This document shows, piece by piece, positions 50,078 through 59,374 of a stretch of DNA of 64,000 nt (position 1 is the stretch's first letter; each line of letters starts with the position of its first letter). The stretch lies in assembly GCA_964534205.1 (NCBI GenBank), contig CAZHQF010000004.1, positions 109,436 through 173,435 of the forward strand, given 5' to 3'. The DNA comes from an uncultured Candidatus Peribacteria bacterium (lineage in GTDB: Bacteria; Patescibacteriota; Gracilibacteria; Peribacterales; Peribacteraceae). The notes below the pieces were generated by a model. It worked only from the letters and a program-made list of their open reading frames with translations. It did no database searches and was not told the origin of the DNA. A program made the position numbers and the translations under genes.

Positions 50078-50785
50078 ATGACGAAAAAGAACATGTTGAT
50101 AGCGGCAAACTGGAAAATGAACCCCGCTCCGGACGGATTCAACCGGAGTGATTCTGTGTATCGCGCGACGAAGAGCGTCGATGTGGTCGTCTTTCCCACG
50201 TACCTGGATCTCCATGAATGCATCGCGGCCGCACTCACCACCGGCGCGCAGCACGGACGCGCGCAGGAGAAAGGTGCCTTTACCGGAGACGTGAGCATGA
50301 AGATGCTCAGGGACAAAGGCTGCACGTACGTCCTCTGCGGACACTCGGAACGGAGGCGTGAGCACGGCGAGACGGACGAGGACGTGGCATCACAGGTACA
50401 AGCGGCGCTTGCGGCAGGGCTGATCCCGATTGCCTGCGTGGGGGAGACCGTGGAAGACCGGACGGCAGGCAGACATCAGGACACGGTAAAGAAACGCCTT
50501 TCTGCTCTACCCGTTGCGGAAAAGTTGATCATCGCCTATGAGCCCTTCTGGGCCATCGGCAACGGGAAGAGCGCCACACCCGCCGATGCGGAGGAAATGC
50601 ACGCGTTCATCCGCAGTATTCCCCAGTGGAAAAATGCCCGCATCCTCTATGGTGGTTCACTGAATGCCGGGAACGCAGAAGCAATCCTGAGGCAGAAAGA
50701 TGTGGATGGTGCGCTCATCGGCGGCGCATCGCTCCGCCCGGAAGAGTTCGCGAAAATTGTGGAGATCGCAGCGAAGAAGTCCTAA
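50078..50785 (+). CDS. tpiA: Triosephosphate isomerase
   Basis: AANWKMN, CGHSERR, AYEPFWAIGNG and YGGSL motifs. Confidence 0.9.
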   Translation: MTKKNMLIAANWKMNPAPDGFNRSDSVYRATKSVDVVVFPTYLDLHECIAAALTTGAQHGRAQEKGAFTGDVSMKMLRDKGCTYVLCGHSERRREHGETDEDVASQVQAALAAGLIPIACVGETVEDRTAGRHQDTVKKRLSALPVAEKLIIAYEPFWAIGNGKSATPADAEEMHAFIRSIPQWKNARILYGGSLNAGNAEAILRQKDVDGALIGGASLRPEEFAKIVEIAAKKS

Positions 50786-50895
50786 GGCCTGCCCTGAGCG
50801 ACCTCTTAGCTACCACAAGCCTTGATTGTGCATAAACGGGGAAATATTTGTGTCGAAGGGCTGGAAAAAAGAAGTGAAGGGTGTAGCGTGAAGGC

Positions 50896-51660
50896 ATGGA
50901 ACTCCTTGTCTTTCTTCCGTTTGCGATCCCGGTCCTTATTCTCCTGTTCTCCCTGATCCGTCAGGTGGACCAGTACGAAAAAGGTCTGCTCTTCACGATG
51001 GGAAAGTTCAGCAAGATCTGGGCACCGGGCTGGCACCTGATCATCCCCGTGTTCCAGCGTCTCGTGAAAGTCGACGTACGCGTCAAAGCCGTGGACGTGC
51101 CGGACCAGGAAGCCATCACCAAGGACAACATTCCCATCCGCATCAACGCGGTCATCTATTACAAGATCGCCGATGCGGCCAAAGCGGTGATCGAAGTGGA
51201 GAACTTCATCGTGGCCGTGGATCAGCTCGCGCAGACCACCATGCGCAACGCCGTGGGTGAGGTGAAGCTTGATGAGCTCCTCAGCAACAAGCAGCAGGTC
51301 AGCGAGAGCATCAAACTGCATGTGGACAGGGTCTCCGATGCGTGGGGTATCGACGTGCAGAGTGTGGAACTCAAAGACATCGTGCTCCCCGATTCCCTCA
51401 AGCGCACCATCGCCAAAGTCGCCGAGGCGGACCGTGAGAAGCAGGCCGTGATCATCAATTCCGAAGGTGAACTTGCCGCCGCCGAGAACGTCTCCAAGGC
51501 GGCACAGATGCTGGCAAGCACTCCCGGCGCTCTCCACCTGCGCACGCTCCAGAGCATCAATGACATCAGCTCCGACCAGAGCAACACGACGGTCTGGATG
51601 GTGCCGATCGAAGCCCTGAAGGCCCTGGAAGGCCTGGGTGAACTGATCAAGAAGAAGTGA
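50896..51660 (+). CDS. SPFH/band-7 (stomatin-like) membrane protein
   Basis: N-terminal TM segment, then EKGLLFTMGKF...PGWHLIIPVFQRLVKVDVR...ITKDN...AVIYYKI...R(E/D)K.A.I..AEGE-type signature. Confidence 0.85.
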   Translation: MELLVFLPFAIPVLILLFSLIRQVDQYEKGLLFTMGKFSKIWAPGWHLIIPVFQRLVKVDVRVKAVDVPDQEAITKDNIPIRINAVIYYKIADAAKAVIEVENFIVAVDQLAQTTMRNAVGEVKLDELLSNKQQVSESIKLHVDRVSDAWGIDVQSVELKDIVLPDSLKRTIAKVAEADREKQAVIINSEGELAAAENVSKAAQMLASTPGALHLRTLQSINDISSDQSNTTVWMVPIEALKALEGLGELIKKK

Positions 51661-51852
51661 TTTTTGGCCTAGGAAAGCCAATAATTCTTCCTCTTTTTTG
51701 TCATATTTGCATAAACGAAGAAAGAATGTACGCTCTTACTTGTCTGTTCGTTTCCGAAGGGGGGCGAACAGCAGAAGAGGCGGCCATGAGGCCACCCCGC
51801 AAATCCTCACTGGTCCTTCGGATCAGTGAGTTTTTTTGTATACTGAGGAGCT

Positions 51853-52215
51853 ATGGTCCTGGTAGAAGCCGTACAACGATGGCATGCAGAAGGAAAACTG
51901 AATGCCGAATACGGGAAGCTGGAAGAAATCCTGACAGCAAGAACATTCACGCGTGATCAGGTCCGGTTCTGCTTCGAGAATATGCTGCCGGGTATTGCAC
52001 TGTTGTGCGCTATGGAAACAAATACGCTGAAGCTGGAAACATTCCGGAAACGCCTGGAGTCGTTGTTCGCCGACGAAGTGCAGATTGTGGAATCCTGCGC
52101 ATCCATCGTCACGATGATGGACAAGTCTGAGCCCGAACTTCTGGAAGAGTTCAAGCGCACCGTTGAGAACAGGCTCTGGCAACGGGGACAACGCGATGAG
52201 GATGGAACATCTTGA
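51853..52215 (+). CDS. Hypothetical protein
   Basis: 120-aa ORF between SPFH and dprA. No motif recognised. Confidence 0.45.
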   Translation: MVLVEAVQRWHAEGKLNAEYGKLEEILTARTFTRDQVRFCFENMLPGIALLCAMETNTLKLETFRKRLESLFADEVQIVESCASIVTMMDKSEPELLEEFKRTVENRLWQRGQRDEDGTS

Positions 52216-52249
52216 GTTTCGTCATTCTTCATCCGCCATTCGCGATTAT

Positions 52250-53353
52250 TCATCCCCGCACCCACATCCCCCCTCCCAGATTCCGCGCACCTCCCGCGAG
52301 TTCCATCATGGTGAGGGCGGAGCTGACTCGCGCGGCATCGAGACCGGTTTTTTCCACCAGTGCATCAATGCGCTGCGGCATGGCGGTGAGCATGCGGTAC
52401 GTGATGTCCTCATCTTCGCCCTGCGGCGCAAAGAGCGGGAGCGGAACTGCGTCGGCACCGCGGTCGACGATATTGAGCAGCCTGAGCACATCACCCGCCG
52501 ATGCGGCAAGGTGCGCACGGTTACCGGCGATGAGTGCGTGGCAGCCCGCGTAGTGACCATCGAAGATCGGACCGGGGACGGCAAACACATCACGTGAGTA
52601 CTCGAGCGCGAGATCGGCGGTGATGATGGCCCCGCTGCCCTCCGGAGCTTCGAGAACCACGGTGGCGGAACAGAGCCCCGCGATGATGCGGTTGCGTGCC
52701 GGGAACGTGTATTTGCCCGGTTCCAGTTTCATCGGGTATTCGGAGATGAGGAGTCCGCCGGCCTTCACAATGCGCTCGGCAAGTTTCGCGTTCGCCGGCG
52801 GATAGATGCCCTGCAATCCGTGCCCGAGCACGGCCACCGTTCTGCCGCCGGCCTTGAGGGTGCGTTCGGCCACGACCGAATCGATCCCGTGTGCCAGCCC
52901 GCTGACCGTGACAACACCCGCACGCACCAGCGGATCCACAAACTCTTCGGCCACCCGGCGACCGTACGCGGACATCTCGCGCGTGCCCACGAGCCCGATG
53001 CACGTCTGATCCAGAATACGGATATCCCCCTGGAGATACAGAAACGGCGGAGCATCACCGATCTCGTAGAGCATCGCGGGGTATTCCTCGTCAGTGAGCA
53101 TGAGGAAGCGGATCCCCCGCTTTTTCAGATGCTCTTCCTCTTTCACGGGATCAAACTCCTCCAGACGGTTGAGCGCGCCAAGCACGGTCTCCTCCTTACA
53201 ACCGAGCCTGCGTAAAAACTCCTCATCCACCAGCGGTGCGGCGGCGGCAAGTGACCCAAAGACCTTGAGTACCGCCTCGTACCGCTCGCGGGAAAGCACG
53301 TTGAGCGTGGACCAGAGGAGGGCCGCCTGAAATTCGGTAAGAGTGGCTTGCAT
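52250..53353 (-). CDS. dprA: DNA-processing protein DprA (Smf)
   Basis: GLVGTREMSAYG, VSGLAHGIDS, FPARNRIIAGL and VLEAPEGSGAIITA motifs. I moved the start to the ATG at 53353 (MQATLTEF), because the track extension to 53506 reads through the intergenic repeat. Confidence 0.85.
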   Translation of the reverse strand: MQATLTEFQAALLWSTLNVLSRERYEAVLKVFGSLAAAAPLVDEEFLRRLGCKEETVLGALNRLEEFDPVKEEEHLKKRGIRFLMLTDEEYPAMLYEIGDAPPFLYLQGDIRILDQTCIGLVGTREMSAYGRRVAEEFVDPLVRAGVVTVSGLAHGIDSVVAERTLKAGGRTVAVLGHGLQGIYPPANAKLAERIVKAGGLLISEYPMKLEPGKYTFPARNRIIAGLCSATVVLEAPEGSGAIITADLALEYSRDVFAVPGPIFDGHYAGCHALIAGNRAHLAASAGDVLRLLNIVDRGADAVPLPLFAPQGEDEDITYRMLTAMPQRIDALVEKTGLDAARVSSALTMMELAGGARNLGGGMWVRG

Positions 53354-53565
53354 ACGAGAGAACGCTATCTCTGAAGACTGCGACCGGGGAGGCCCTTGCA
53401 AACATTTTCTCGGGACTTTCTGTTTTTTTGGCTTCAGGAAGGGCTCCTGGCGTTCTGTGGGGTGGCAGAACGCCTTGGCCTTCCTTGCCAAAACCCCTTG
53501 TCCCAAGCGCCCGTTTGCCGCATGCTCTTCCGGCTCTTGTTCTTTTCGACTCTCAGGAAAAAAAT

Positions 53566-53641
53566 GCCGCTGTAGCTCAGCTGGTAGAGCGACGGTATCG
53601 TAAACCGTAGGTCACCGGTTCAAACCCGGTCAGCGGCTCCA
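53566..53641 (+). tRNA. tRNA-Thr (anticodon CGU), CCA encoded
   Basis: Hand-folded cloverleaf. Acceptor stem GCCGCTG/CAGCGGC. D arm GCTCAGCTGGTAGAGC. Anticodon stem ACGGT/ACCGT with loop ATCGTAA. T arm ACCGGTTCAAACCCGGT. Ends in TCCA. Confidence 0.9.
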
Positions 53642-53644
53642 CAC

Positions 53645-56600
53645 TCACTTCCCCAACTTCCGCAGGCTACCGAAGACCTTTTGCACTGCGCCCCTGCCCA
53701 TACTGACAAGCGAGGAGACCACACTTGTTTTGGATACAGACATCTCGGCTGTGACGACAGACTCAGGTGCAGCAGGCTGAACGCCTGTATCCCGCACCGT
53801 GGGGATGATCATGATCGGGTGCATGCGGTCACCGCCTGCCTCATATGTCTGGAGTTCGCGCATCTCAAAATCTACATCGAGGCCGTGCTCTTTCTTGAGC
53901 GTCTCACGCGCTTTTTCCAGGTGGCGCTGGAAGTGGCCGTCCGCGAAGAATTTGTACGATGTTTTTTCGCGAGCCTGCAGATACAGGGGCGTCATCTCCT
54001 TTTTGGAAAGATAGTTCTGCATGTAGAGATCCAGAAACGCCTGCACGATGCGCCCGCCCGCAAGCTGGCCCTCCTTGGCCGCAGCGCTCTCAGAAGCAGA
54101 AGCTGCCTGCTCCTTTTTTGCGGCAAAGGAGGCGAGGTCGGCGATGTACACCACCTTCTGTCCTTTCCATTCCCTGAGCTGCGATGCATCCGCGATATCT
54201 CTTTGGGTCACCGCACCTTCGTAGGCAAGGATATATGCCTGCAGGATGCCGTCCTTTTCGTATTTGAGTGTCATATTCGGTCTCTTCTTCTTGGAGTTAT
54301 TGATGTCTTTGGCAATGAGCATGTTCTCCATTTTCTGGAGATAGAACATCAGCTCCTTGTTGTCGTACGCCTTGCCCTCCAGGTAGGACATCGGGAGCGT
54401 GTCGTGGTAATCGGCGTACGAGACTCCACGGACACGGATGGGCGTCTGTACTGGCGGAGCGGGCACGGGCTCTTCGATGATTTTGCACGGAAAATCCGGA
54501 GACGGCTTCTCCAGGTCCAGCATAAACACTGCATTTTCTTTTTTGTCGGTATACCCCACCGGAGCCTCGGGAGCATACGTATTGGGTACTTTCGGCAGCT
54601 GCGTCAGTGTGTCACCGAATCCTGTGCCGATCGGCAGTTTGGTGGGATCAAAGTTGAGCTGCCCACCAAAACGCTTCATGTATTCCTGAAAGAATTTACG
54701 GTAGACGGCTTCATAAATCTGATCGAACTCGGCAGATTTGTGCGTGGGTGCCACTTCAATGTTATCCGGACAGGCATAGGCTTTGCTCTGCGCGAGAATA
54801 TCCGGCGGCAAGACCTCACTGAGATTCTTCTGTCCGCTCTGGAGCTCTTTGATTACCTCGGGAATCAGCTTCTTAATATCGCGGTCCCGCGTCATCACGC
54901 TCTGCGCGATCGTGCGATTGCCCTCAGGGGTTTCCAGCTGCACCGTGAACTGACAGGTATTCAGGTTGTAGTCGTAAATGAGCTTTTTGCCCGAACCGAA
55001 GGGCATGCAGCAGACGGTATCGTCACCGGCGAGCACCGCTTCCGGATCGCTCTTCAGGTTCATTTTCACGATGAGCGTGTACGTCTCGGGCTGCGGAATG
55101 CCGTACTCCGGATGGCTCACGAGTGATCGGATTTTGTCTTCTGCCTCGGCCGGTACGGTTTTGCCGGCGATGTATTCCTGCACCGTGCATCCGTGCTCTT
55201 TGAGGAGTTTCGCCGCTTCCCCGAAAATCTTTTCGTGCTTTTTTGCCTTGGGAGCACGCTTTTCTTTCCGGGATCCCAACGCCTGGTTAAGGAGAACGCG
55301 GAGATCCTGATCGGAAGTTCTCGTCTCGAACTTTCCGTCGCGCGGCACCGTCATGCGCATCGTGAGCGGCGGGAAGGCCTGCATAGCATCCAGGTCTCCT
55401 TCCGGCAGAGCGTCGCGCAGCTCTTCAGCCGTGAGATCGAGGAGCGGCATGGCAGTATAGTTCGATGGCTTCTTGGAGTTCTGGATCGCATCCGGCGTGT
55501 GTCCGTCCAGACGTGCAAGGAACTGTTCCGGCTTTCCCAAAAAATCGAGAACGGCGGACATATCCACCTTGCTGGTCTTGTGGAAGCCGAGCGTGCTGAT
55601 AAAACGATAGAGCTTCTCTTTGCCTTTCTTCTTTTTCAGCTGCGCCAGCTGATCGAGCACTTCCTTCTTCCCAAGAAGACGCTGGAGTTCAGCATATTTC
55701 TTCAGATTCTTCCACGAAGCGAAGATTTTTTTGGGTTCCGAAAAGACCGTGACGATTTCCTTGAGCTCGTCAATCTCGCCGTAGTCCTCAACCTGCTGGG
55801 CGACGGCGGCGAAATCGGTGTCCAATGACCGGGCAATGCGATTGAAGACATGATGCGCCGTTCCCTCGGGATAGGAAGCGCCATCGGCGGATACCTGGCG
55901 CAGGATCACCCTGTCGAATTCCGCCGGGGTCAGGCCGGAGCATCCATACAGATGACGAATACGGTCAAAGGCAAACAAGGCATCGTGCTTGGTGAGATTC
56001 TCGCGTGCGACGTATGCGAGCATTGTTTTTGTACCGAACACCTCCGCACCCCTGCGGAACGGCCCGAGAACGTTCTCCTCGTCGGTCCAGCCGCGGCAGT
56101 GCACCGAGGAAAGAGCGGTCGCGATTGATACGGGTGCAGGTTCATCCTCGAAGTTGTAATGAGGACTTGCCGCTTCCCGGCGAGCTTCCTCGAGTGCCTT
56201 TGCCTCATCAAAGCGGAAGCCGCCGCGCTTCGCCATTTCGCATTCGTAGAGCGAGAGCTTAAATTTTTTGAGGAGAGGAATGTCCTCTTTTGTCAGGGCA
56301 AGCGGCTCGTTCTTTCGGAACGAAAGCTCGTCTCTCAGCGCCTCATTGTCTTTCAAAAAATCATACAGATCATCCAGTTTCCGGATAGACCACAGGTCAA
56401 TAAGACTATCGAGGGCTACATATTTCCCCTGAAGATCACTGAACTGGATCCCGAAGAACTCCGCCCGTTCTTTGGCGACAGTTGCAGGAAACATCTGTTC
56501 AGATTTCCACACGTTCTCGACGCAGTTTTCCCGTACCTCATCCACAATCGCCGGATTGGTTTTCAGATCCTCAAAATCAAACTGCTTGATCAGGTCCATG

Positions 56601-58189
56601 ACCGTGAAGAGATCGTATTCCCCAAGAGCCTTGAAGACTCCTGCACGCGCAGCCTTGCGCACCTCCGCATCCTGAAGGATGTTCTCCGGAAGATCGCGGT
56701 ACACGGTCGTTCCGGCTCCTCTTTTTCCATCGGCAAGCGCGACTGTAAAACCTTCAACACTGAGTTCGCGGTAGCGCGCTGTATCCATGCCGTACCGCGT
56801 GGCGAGTTCTGAAGCAATCCTCAGGTGGCTATCCACGGGTGACTTGGTCAACCGTTCCACAGTTTCGAATGCAACCTTTTTTGCGAGCGAAACGGGAATG
56901 ATGTGCTGGGTCTCCATGTCGTACAACAGACTGAGATCGTGATCGTTGTTGATAGGCCTTTTTTCCGTAAAAAACGGCTCGAGGGCCTCCGCAATCTCCT
57001 CTTCCGACATTCCAAAAATTACCCTGATGACCGGCATCGCCTCCCCGGCCTCCACAACATTGTCCAATTCACAGGCATTGAAGATTTTTGCCACGATGGA
57101 AGTGCGTGCAGGTCCCTCCAGACATTTTGGTACGCGCTCCTTCAATAGGAGTAACTCCTGCATCATGTCTATTCCATAGGTCGTACGGGCCGGATCCGCA
57201 GTAAAATTTCCGCAGATAACCGATGCCTGTCTCTTCGCTGTTTCAATCACTTCGGGATCATTCCAGAGCATCTTCACATCCGTCGCCTTCTCCCAACGAT
57301 CGATCACAGCAATCGACTCCATGCCCAGACTCAAAATGCGTGTCATGTTTTTTCTGACCGTCCCGGAAAATTCTTCGTCGGTCAACGCGTACCGCTCTTT
57401 GATTTTTTTGGGTTCGGCAAAATCCCTTTTATAGCTTTCAGCCATGGCGACGAAAATCAGGGATGCTGCATGATCGCGTACGGCAGGGTCCTCCAAAGCA
57501 ACACTGACAAGCTTGTCGTTCTGGAGAGCGGCCGCCGGAGCATCGAAGAAATGCCCGGCAACATACTTGTGGAGCGCCTCTTTTGAAACGGCAAATGCCC
57601 GTGCAAAGCGGACAGCCTGTTCCGGATATTTTTCCGTAAATGTCTCAAAACGTTTTGACGCGCTCTCCTTCATTTTCTCCGTAAGCGGGGTGCCATACAT
57701 CTCCTGCAGAACAAGCGAGCGCTGAACAGGGGCATATTTCCACGAGCGGCCGCGGTCGGTCATATGCTCATTGCAGAGCAGGTCTTCAATACCTTTCTGG
57801 ATCTGCTGCCGGATGACGGACTCGATATCGTGATCCGCCATCCAGTCGGGGAACCGGGACAGCCACTGCCTCAGCGCCGTGAGCGTTGCGTTCACCTCTT
57901 CAGGCGTTTTTGTCGCGACAAATTTGTGCAGGTTTTCGTTGCATCCGTACCAGACATCCCAGGTACCGACATTGGAGTCCGCGCCGTGCTCCCGAAGCCA
58001 GGCAACCGGATCTTTCTCGTCCAGCCACCGGATGCCATCGTGAAACACACGCCTGTCTGTGTCGTAGATGTCAGCCCAATCGATGTCATCACCCGGTTCG
58101 CTTGGCATCACCCGCCACACGTCCTCCTTCTCATTGGGATCAGGGGGAATCTCGCGCGGTGAAGAGGGGGTTTCTGAAGGAGGCATCAA
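53645..58189 (-). CDS. Large (1514 aa) hypothetical protein, apparently cytoplasmic; possible GNAT-like fold near the C-terminus
   Basis: Uninterrupted 4.5 kb ORF with no TM or signal sequence. The only weak resemblance is VVYIADLASF...GGRIVQAFLDLY (acetyltransferase-like). The stop lies 4 nt from the tRNA 3-prime end. Confidence 0.8.
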   Translation of the reverse strand: MMPPSETPSSPREIPPDPNEKEDVWRVMPSEPGDDIDWADIYDTDRRVFHDGIRWLDEKDPVAWLREHGADSNVGTWDVWYGCNENLHKFVATKTPEEVNATLTALRQWLSRFPDWMADHDIESVIRQQIQKGIEDLLCNEHMTDRGRSWKYAPVQRSLVLQEMYGTPLTEKMKESASKRFETFTEKYPEQAVRFARAFAVSKEALHKYVAGHFFDAPAAALQNDKLVSVALEDPAVRDHAASLIFVAMAESYKRDFAEPKKIKERYALTDEEFSGTVRKNMTRILSLGMESIAVIDRWEKATDVKMLWNDPEVIETAKRQASVICGNFTADPARTTYGIDMMQELLLLKERVPKCLEGPARTSIVAKIFNACELDNVVEAGEAMPVIRVIFGMSEEEIAEALEPFFTEKRPINNDHDLSLLYDMETQHIIPVSLAKKVAFETVERLTKSPVDSHLRIASELATRYGMDTARYRELSVEGFTVALADGKRGAGTTVYRDLPENILQDAEVRKAARAGVFKALGEYDLFTVMDLIKQFDFEDLKTNPAIVDEVRENCVENVWKSEQMFPATVAKERAEFFGIQFSDLQGKYVALDSLIDLWSIRKLDDLYDFLKDNEALRDELSFRKNEPLALTKEDIPLLKKFKLSLYECEMAKRGGFRFDEAKALEEARREAASPHYNFEDEPAPVSIATALSSVHCRGWTDEENVLGPFRRGAEVFGTKTMLAYVARENLTKHDALFAFDRIRHLYGCSGLTPAEFDRVILRQVSADGASYPEGTAHHVFNRIARSLDTDFAAVAQQVEDYGEIDELKEIVTVFSEPKKIFASWKNLKKYAELQRLLGKKEVLDQLAQLKKKKGKEKLYRFISTLGFHKTSKVDMSAVLDFLGKPEQFLARLDGHTPDAIQNSKKPSNYTAMPLLDLTAEELRDALPEGDLDAMQAFPPLTMRMTVPRDGKFETRTSDQDLRVLLNQALGSRKEKRAPKAKKHEKIFGEAAKLLKEHGCTVQEYIAGKTVPAEAEDKIRSLVSHPEYGIPQPETYTLIVKMNLKSDPEAVLAGDDTVCCMPFGSGKKLIYDYNLNTCQFTVQLETPEGNRTIAQSVMTRDRDIKKLIPEVIKELQSGQKNLSEVLPPDILAQSKAYACPDNIEVAPTHKSAEFDQIYEAVYRKFFQEYMKRFGGQLNFDPTKLPIGTGFGDTLTQLPKVPNTYAPEAPVGYTDKKENAVFMLDLEKPSPDFPCKIIEEPVPAPPVQTPIRVRGVSYADYHDTLPMSYLEGKAYDNKELMFYLQKMENMLIAKDINNSKKKRPNMTLKYEKDGILQAYILAYEGAVTQRDIADASQLREWKGQKVVYIADLASFAAKKEQAASASESAAAKEGQLAGGRIVQAFLDLYMQNYLSKKEMTPLYLQAREKTSYKFFADGHFQRHLEKARETLKKEHGLDVDFEMRELQTYEAGGDRMHPIMIIPTVRDTGVQPAAPESVVTAEMSVSKTSVVSSLVSMGRGAVQKVFGSLRKLGK

Positions 58190-58277
58190 AAGAGAGGTAT
58201 CGTGGAATTATAGCAGAAAAACGGTACTTTTCCTATACGGTCTGCGGGAAAACAGGCATACTCGGCAGCCGGTTCCC

Positions 58278-58679
58278 ATGTCCGAACACCTCTCTCCTGC
58301 GGCCCAGTCCGTACAGCGATTTCTGGAAACGGAAAGTACGTGGGTTGTGGTCCACGATCAGCGGGAGGCGATCAGAACAGAGGCACTGGTATTGCTCACA
58401 CGGTCAAAGACCCTGAACGAAAAAACGGTCTACGCGAACCTGCATGCGTTGCAGGTGCGATCCCGGGGAAGGCTGTTCTTTGAAACCAAGCAGGAACAGA
58501 TCGCCTATGCGGAGAAACAGGTACACAAGGCCTGTGAAATCGACGGGAGGAGAGGGACTATTGAAGGCGTGACGATCACCGGGCACATCAAAGTACGCTT
58601 TTCCGACGGGGTAAAACCGTCTCTAAAGACCTATAACCTCAAAACTGTGACCATTCTTGCCGATGAAGAGAAACCCTGA
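58278..58679 (+). CDS. Hypothetical protein (133 aa from ATG 58278)
   Basis: The track ORF 58068..58679 overlaps the start of the 1514-aa gene. The internal ATG at 58278 (MSEHLSPAAQ) removes the overlap. Confidence 0.5.
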   Translation: MSEHLSPAAQSVQRFLETESTWVVVHDQREAIRTEALVLLTRSKTLNEKTVYANLHALQVRSRGRLFFETKQEQIAYAEKQVHKACEIDGRRGTIEGVTITGHIKVRFSDGVKPSLKTYNLKTVTILADEEKP

Positions 58680-58814
58680 GAAGAACCGGCTGTTTTCTTT
58701 ACAGAAATCGAAAAAGGATTTAAAAAATATTATTGTCATGAAAAATGAGACCCGCCTCGAGACCCGGCAGGAATTGTCGCAATTGGAGGAGCTTGAACAG
58801 CTGGCTCTGCCCCT

Positions 58815-58958
58815 TCAGCGCCGATCGAACAATGCACGCATGGCCGTCTTGGCATCCTCACGGTTCAGCAGACGCAGGTAGCAGTGCCGGAACACCGCGT
58901 CGGCATGGTCATCGTAGGCCTGCAGGAATTCCGCTCTGGTGACTTTCCTGTGGGGCAT
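58815..58958 (-). pseudogene. 47-codon fragment resembling the N-terminus (region 2 start) of an ECF-type sigma-70 factor
   Basis: My translation is MPHRKVTRAEFLQAYDDHADAVFRHCYLRLLNREDAKTAMRALFDRR*. The F..AY..H...V(F/Y)R.....L.....A(E/K)D pattern is typical of ECF sigma N-termini. No continuation in any frame. Confidence 0.35.
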
Positions 58959-59181
58959 AAACGGGAAGAAAACGAAACGGTACGAAGAACGCTAACACAG
59001 TGAAATTTCGCAATCCAGAGCGGACTCTTACCGATTTATTCTTGCTTTTGTGTCGAGAACATTTTCTTTGGTTCTTCGGCGATTCTGCACTTAGAACACA
59101 ACTCTATTGCCGATTTGTGATGATCGAGGGGTTGACCGGACGGGAGAAAGGCGTAAACTGCCCGAGCCCTGTTTTTGGCTT

Positions 59182-59364
59182 ATGGTGCTCTTCCGCGACG
59201 ATATCGACGGCTTCGACTATAGGATCAATACGATCTCAGGCACTGAACGTGTCCACCCGCTGGAAGAAAAGCGGTCTCTCGACTATCCGGTTTCTGCGCT
59301 GTGCTTCAAATCCTGGGAAAAGGCACAGGAACTGATGCGCAGCTTTGAAGGATACGCAGACTGA
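59182..59364 (+). CDS. Small hypothetical protein (60 aa)
   Basis: ATG at 59182 inside the TTTTTGGCTTATGG repeat module. No motif recognised. Confidence 0.3.
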   Translation: MVLFRDDIDGFDYRINTISGTERVHPLEEKRSLDYPVSALCFKSWEKAQELMRSFEGYAD

Positions 59365-59374
59365 ATTTTCCTGA

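Noticed and set aside
58657-58881. Plus-strand 74-aa ORF overlapping the sigma-like fragment.
   Set aside because: It has low-complexity Arg/Ser-rich C-terminal sequence, it is antisense to the more recognisable sigma-like reading frame, and it has no motifs. Neither reading is strongly supported.
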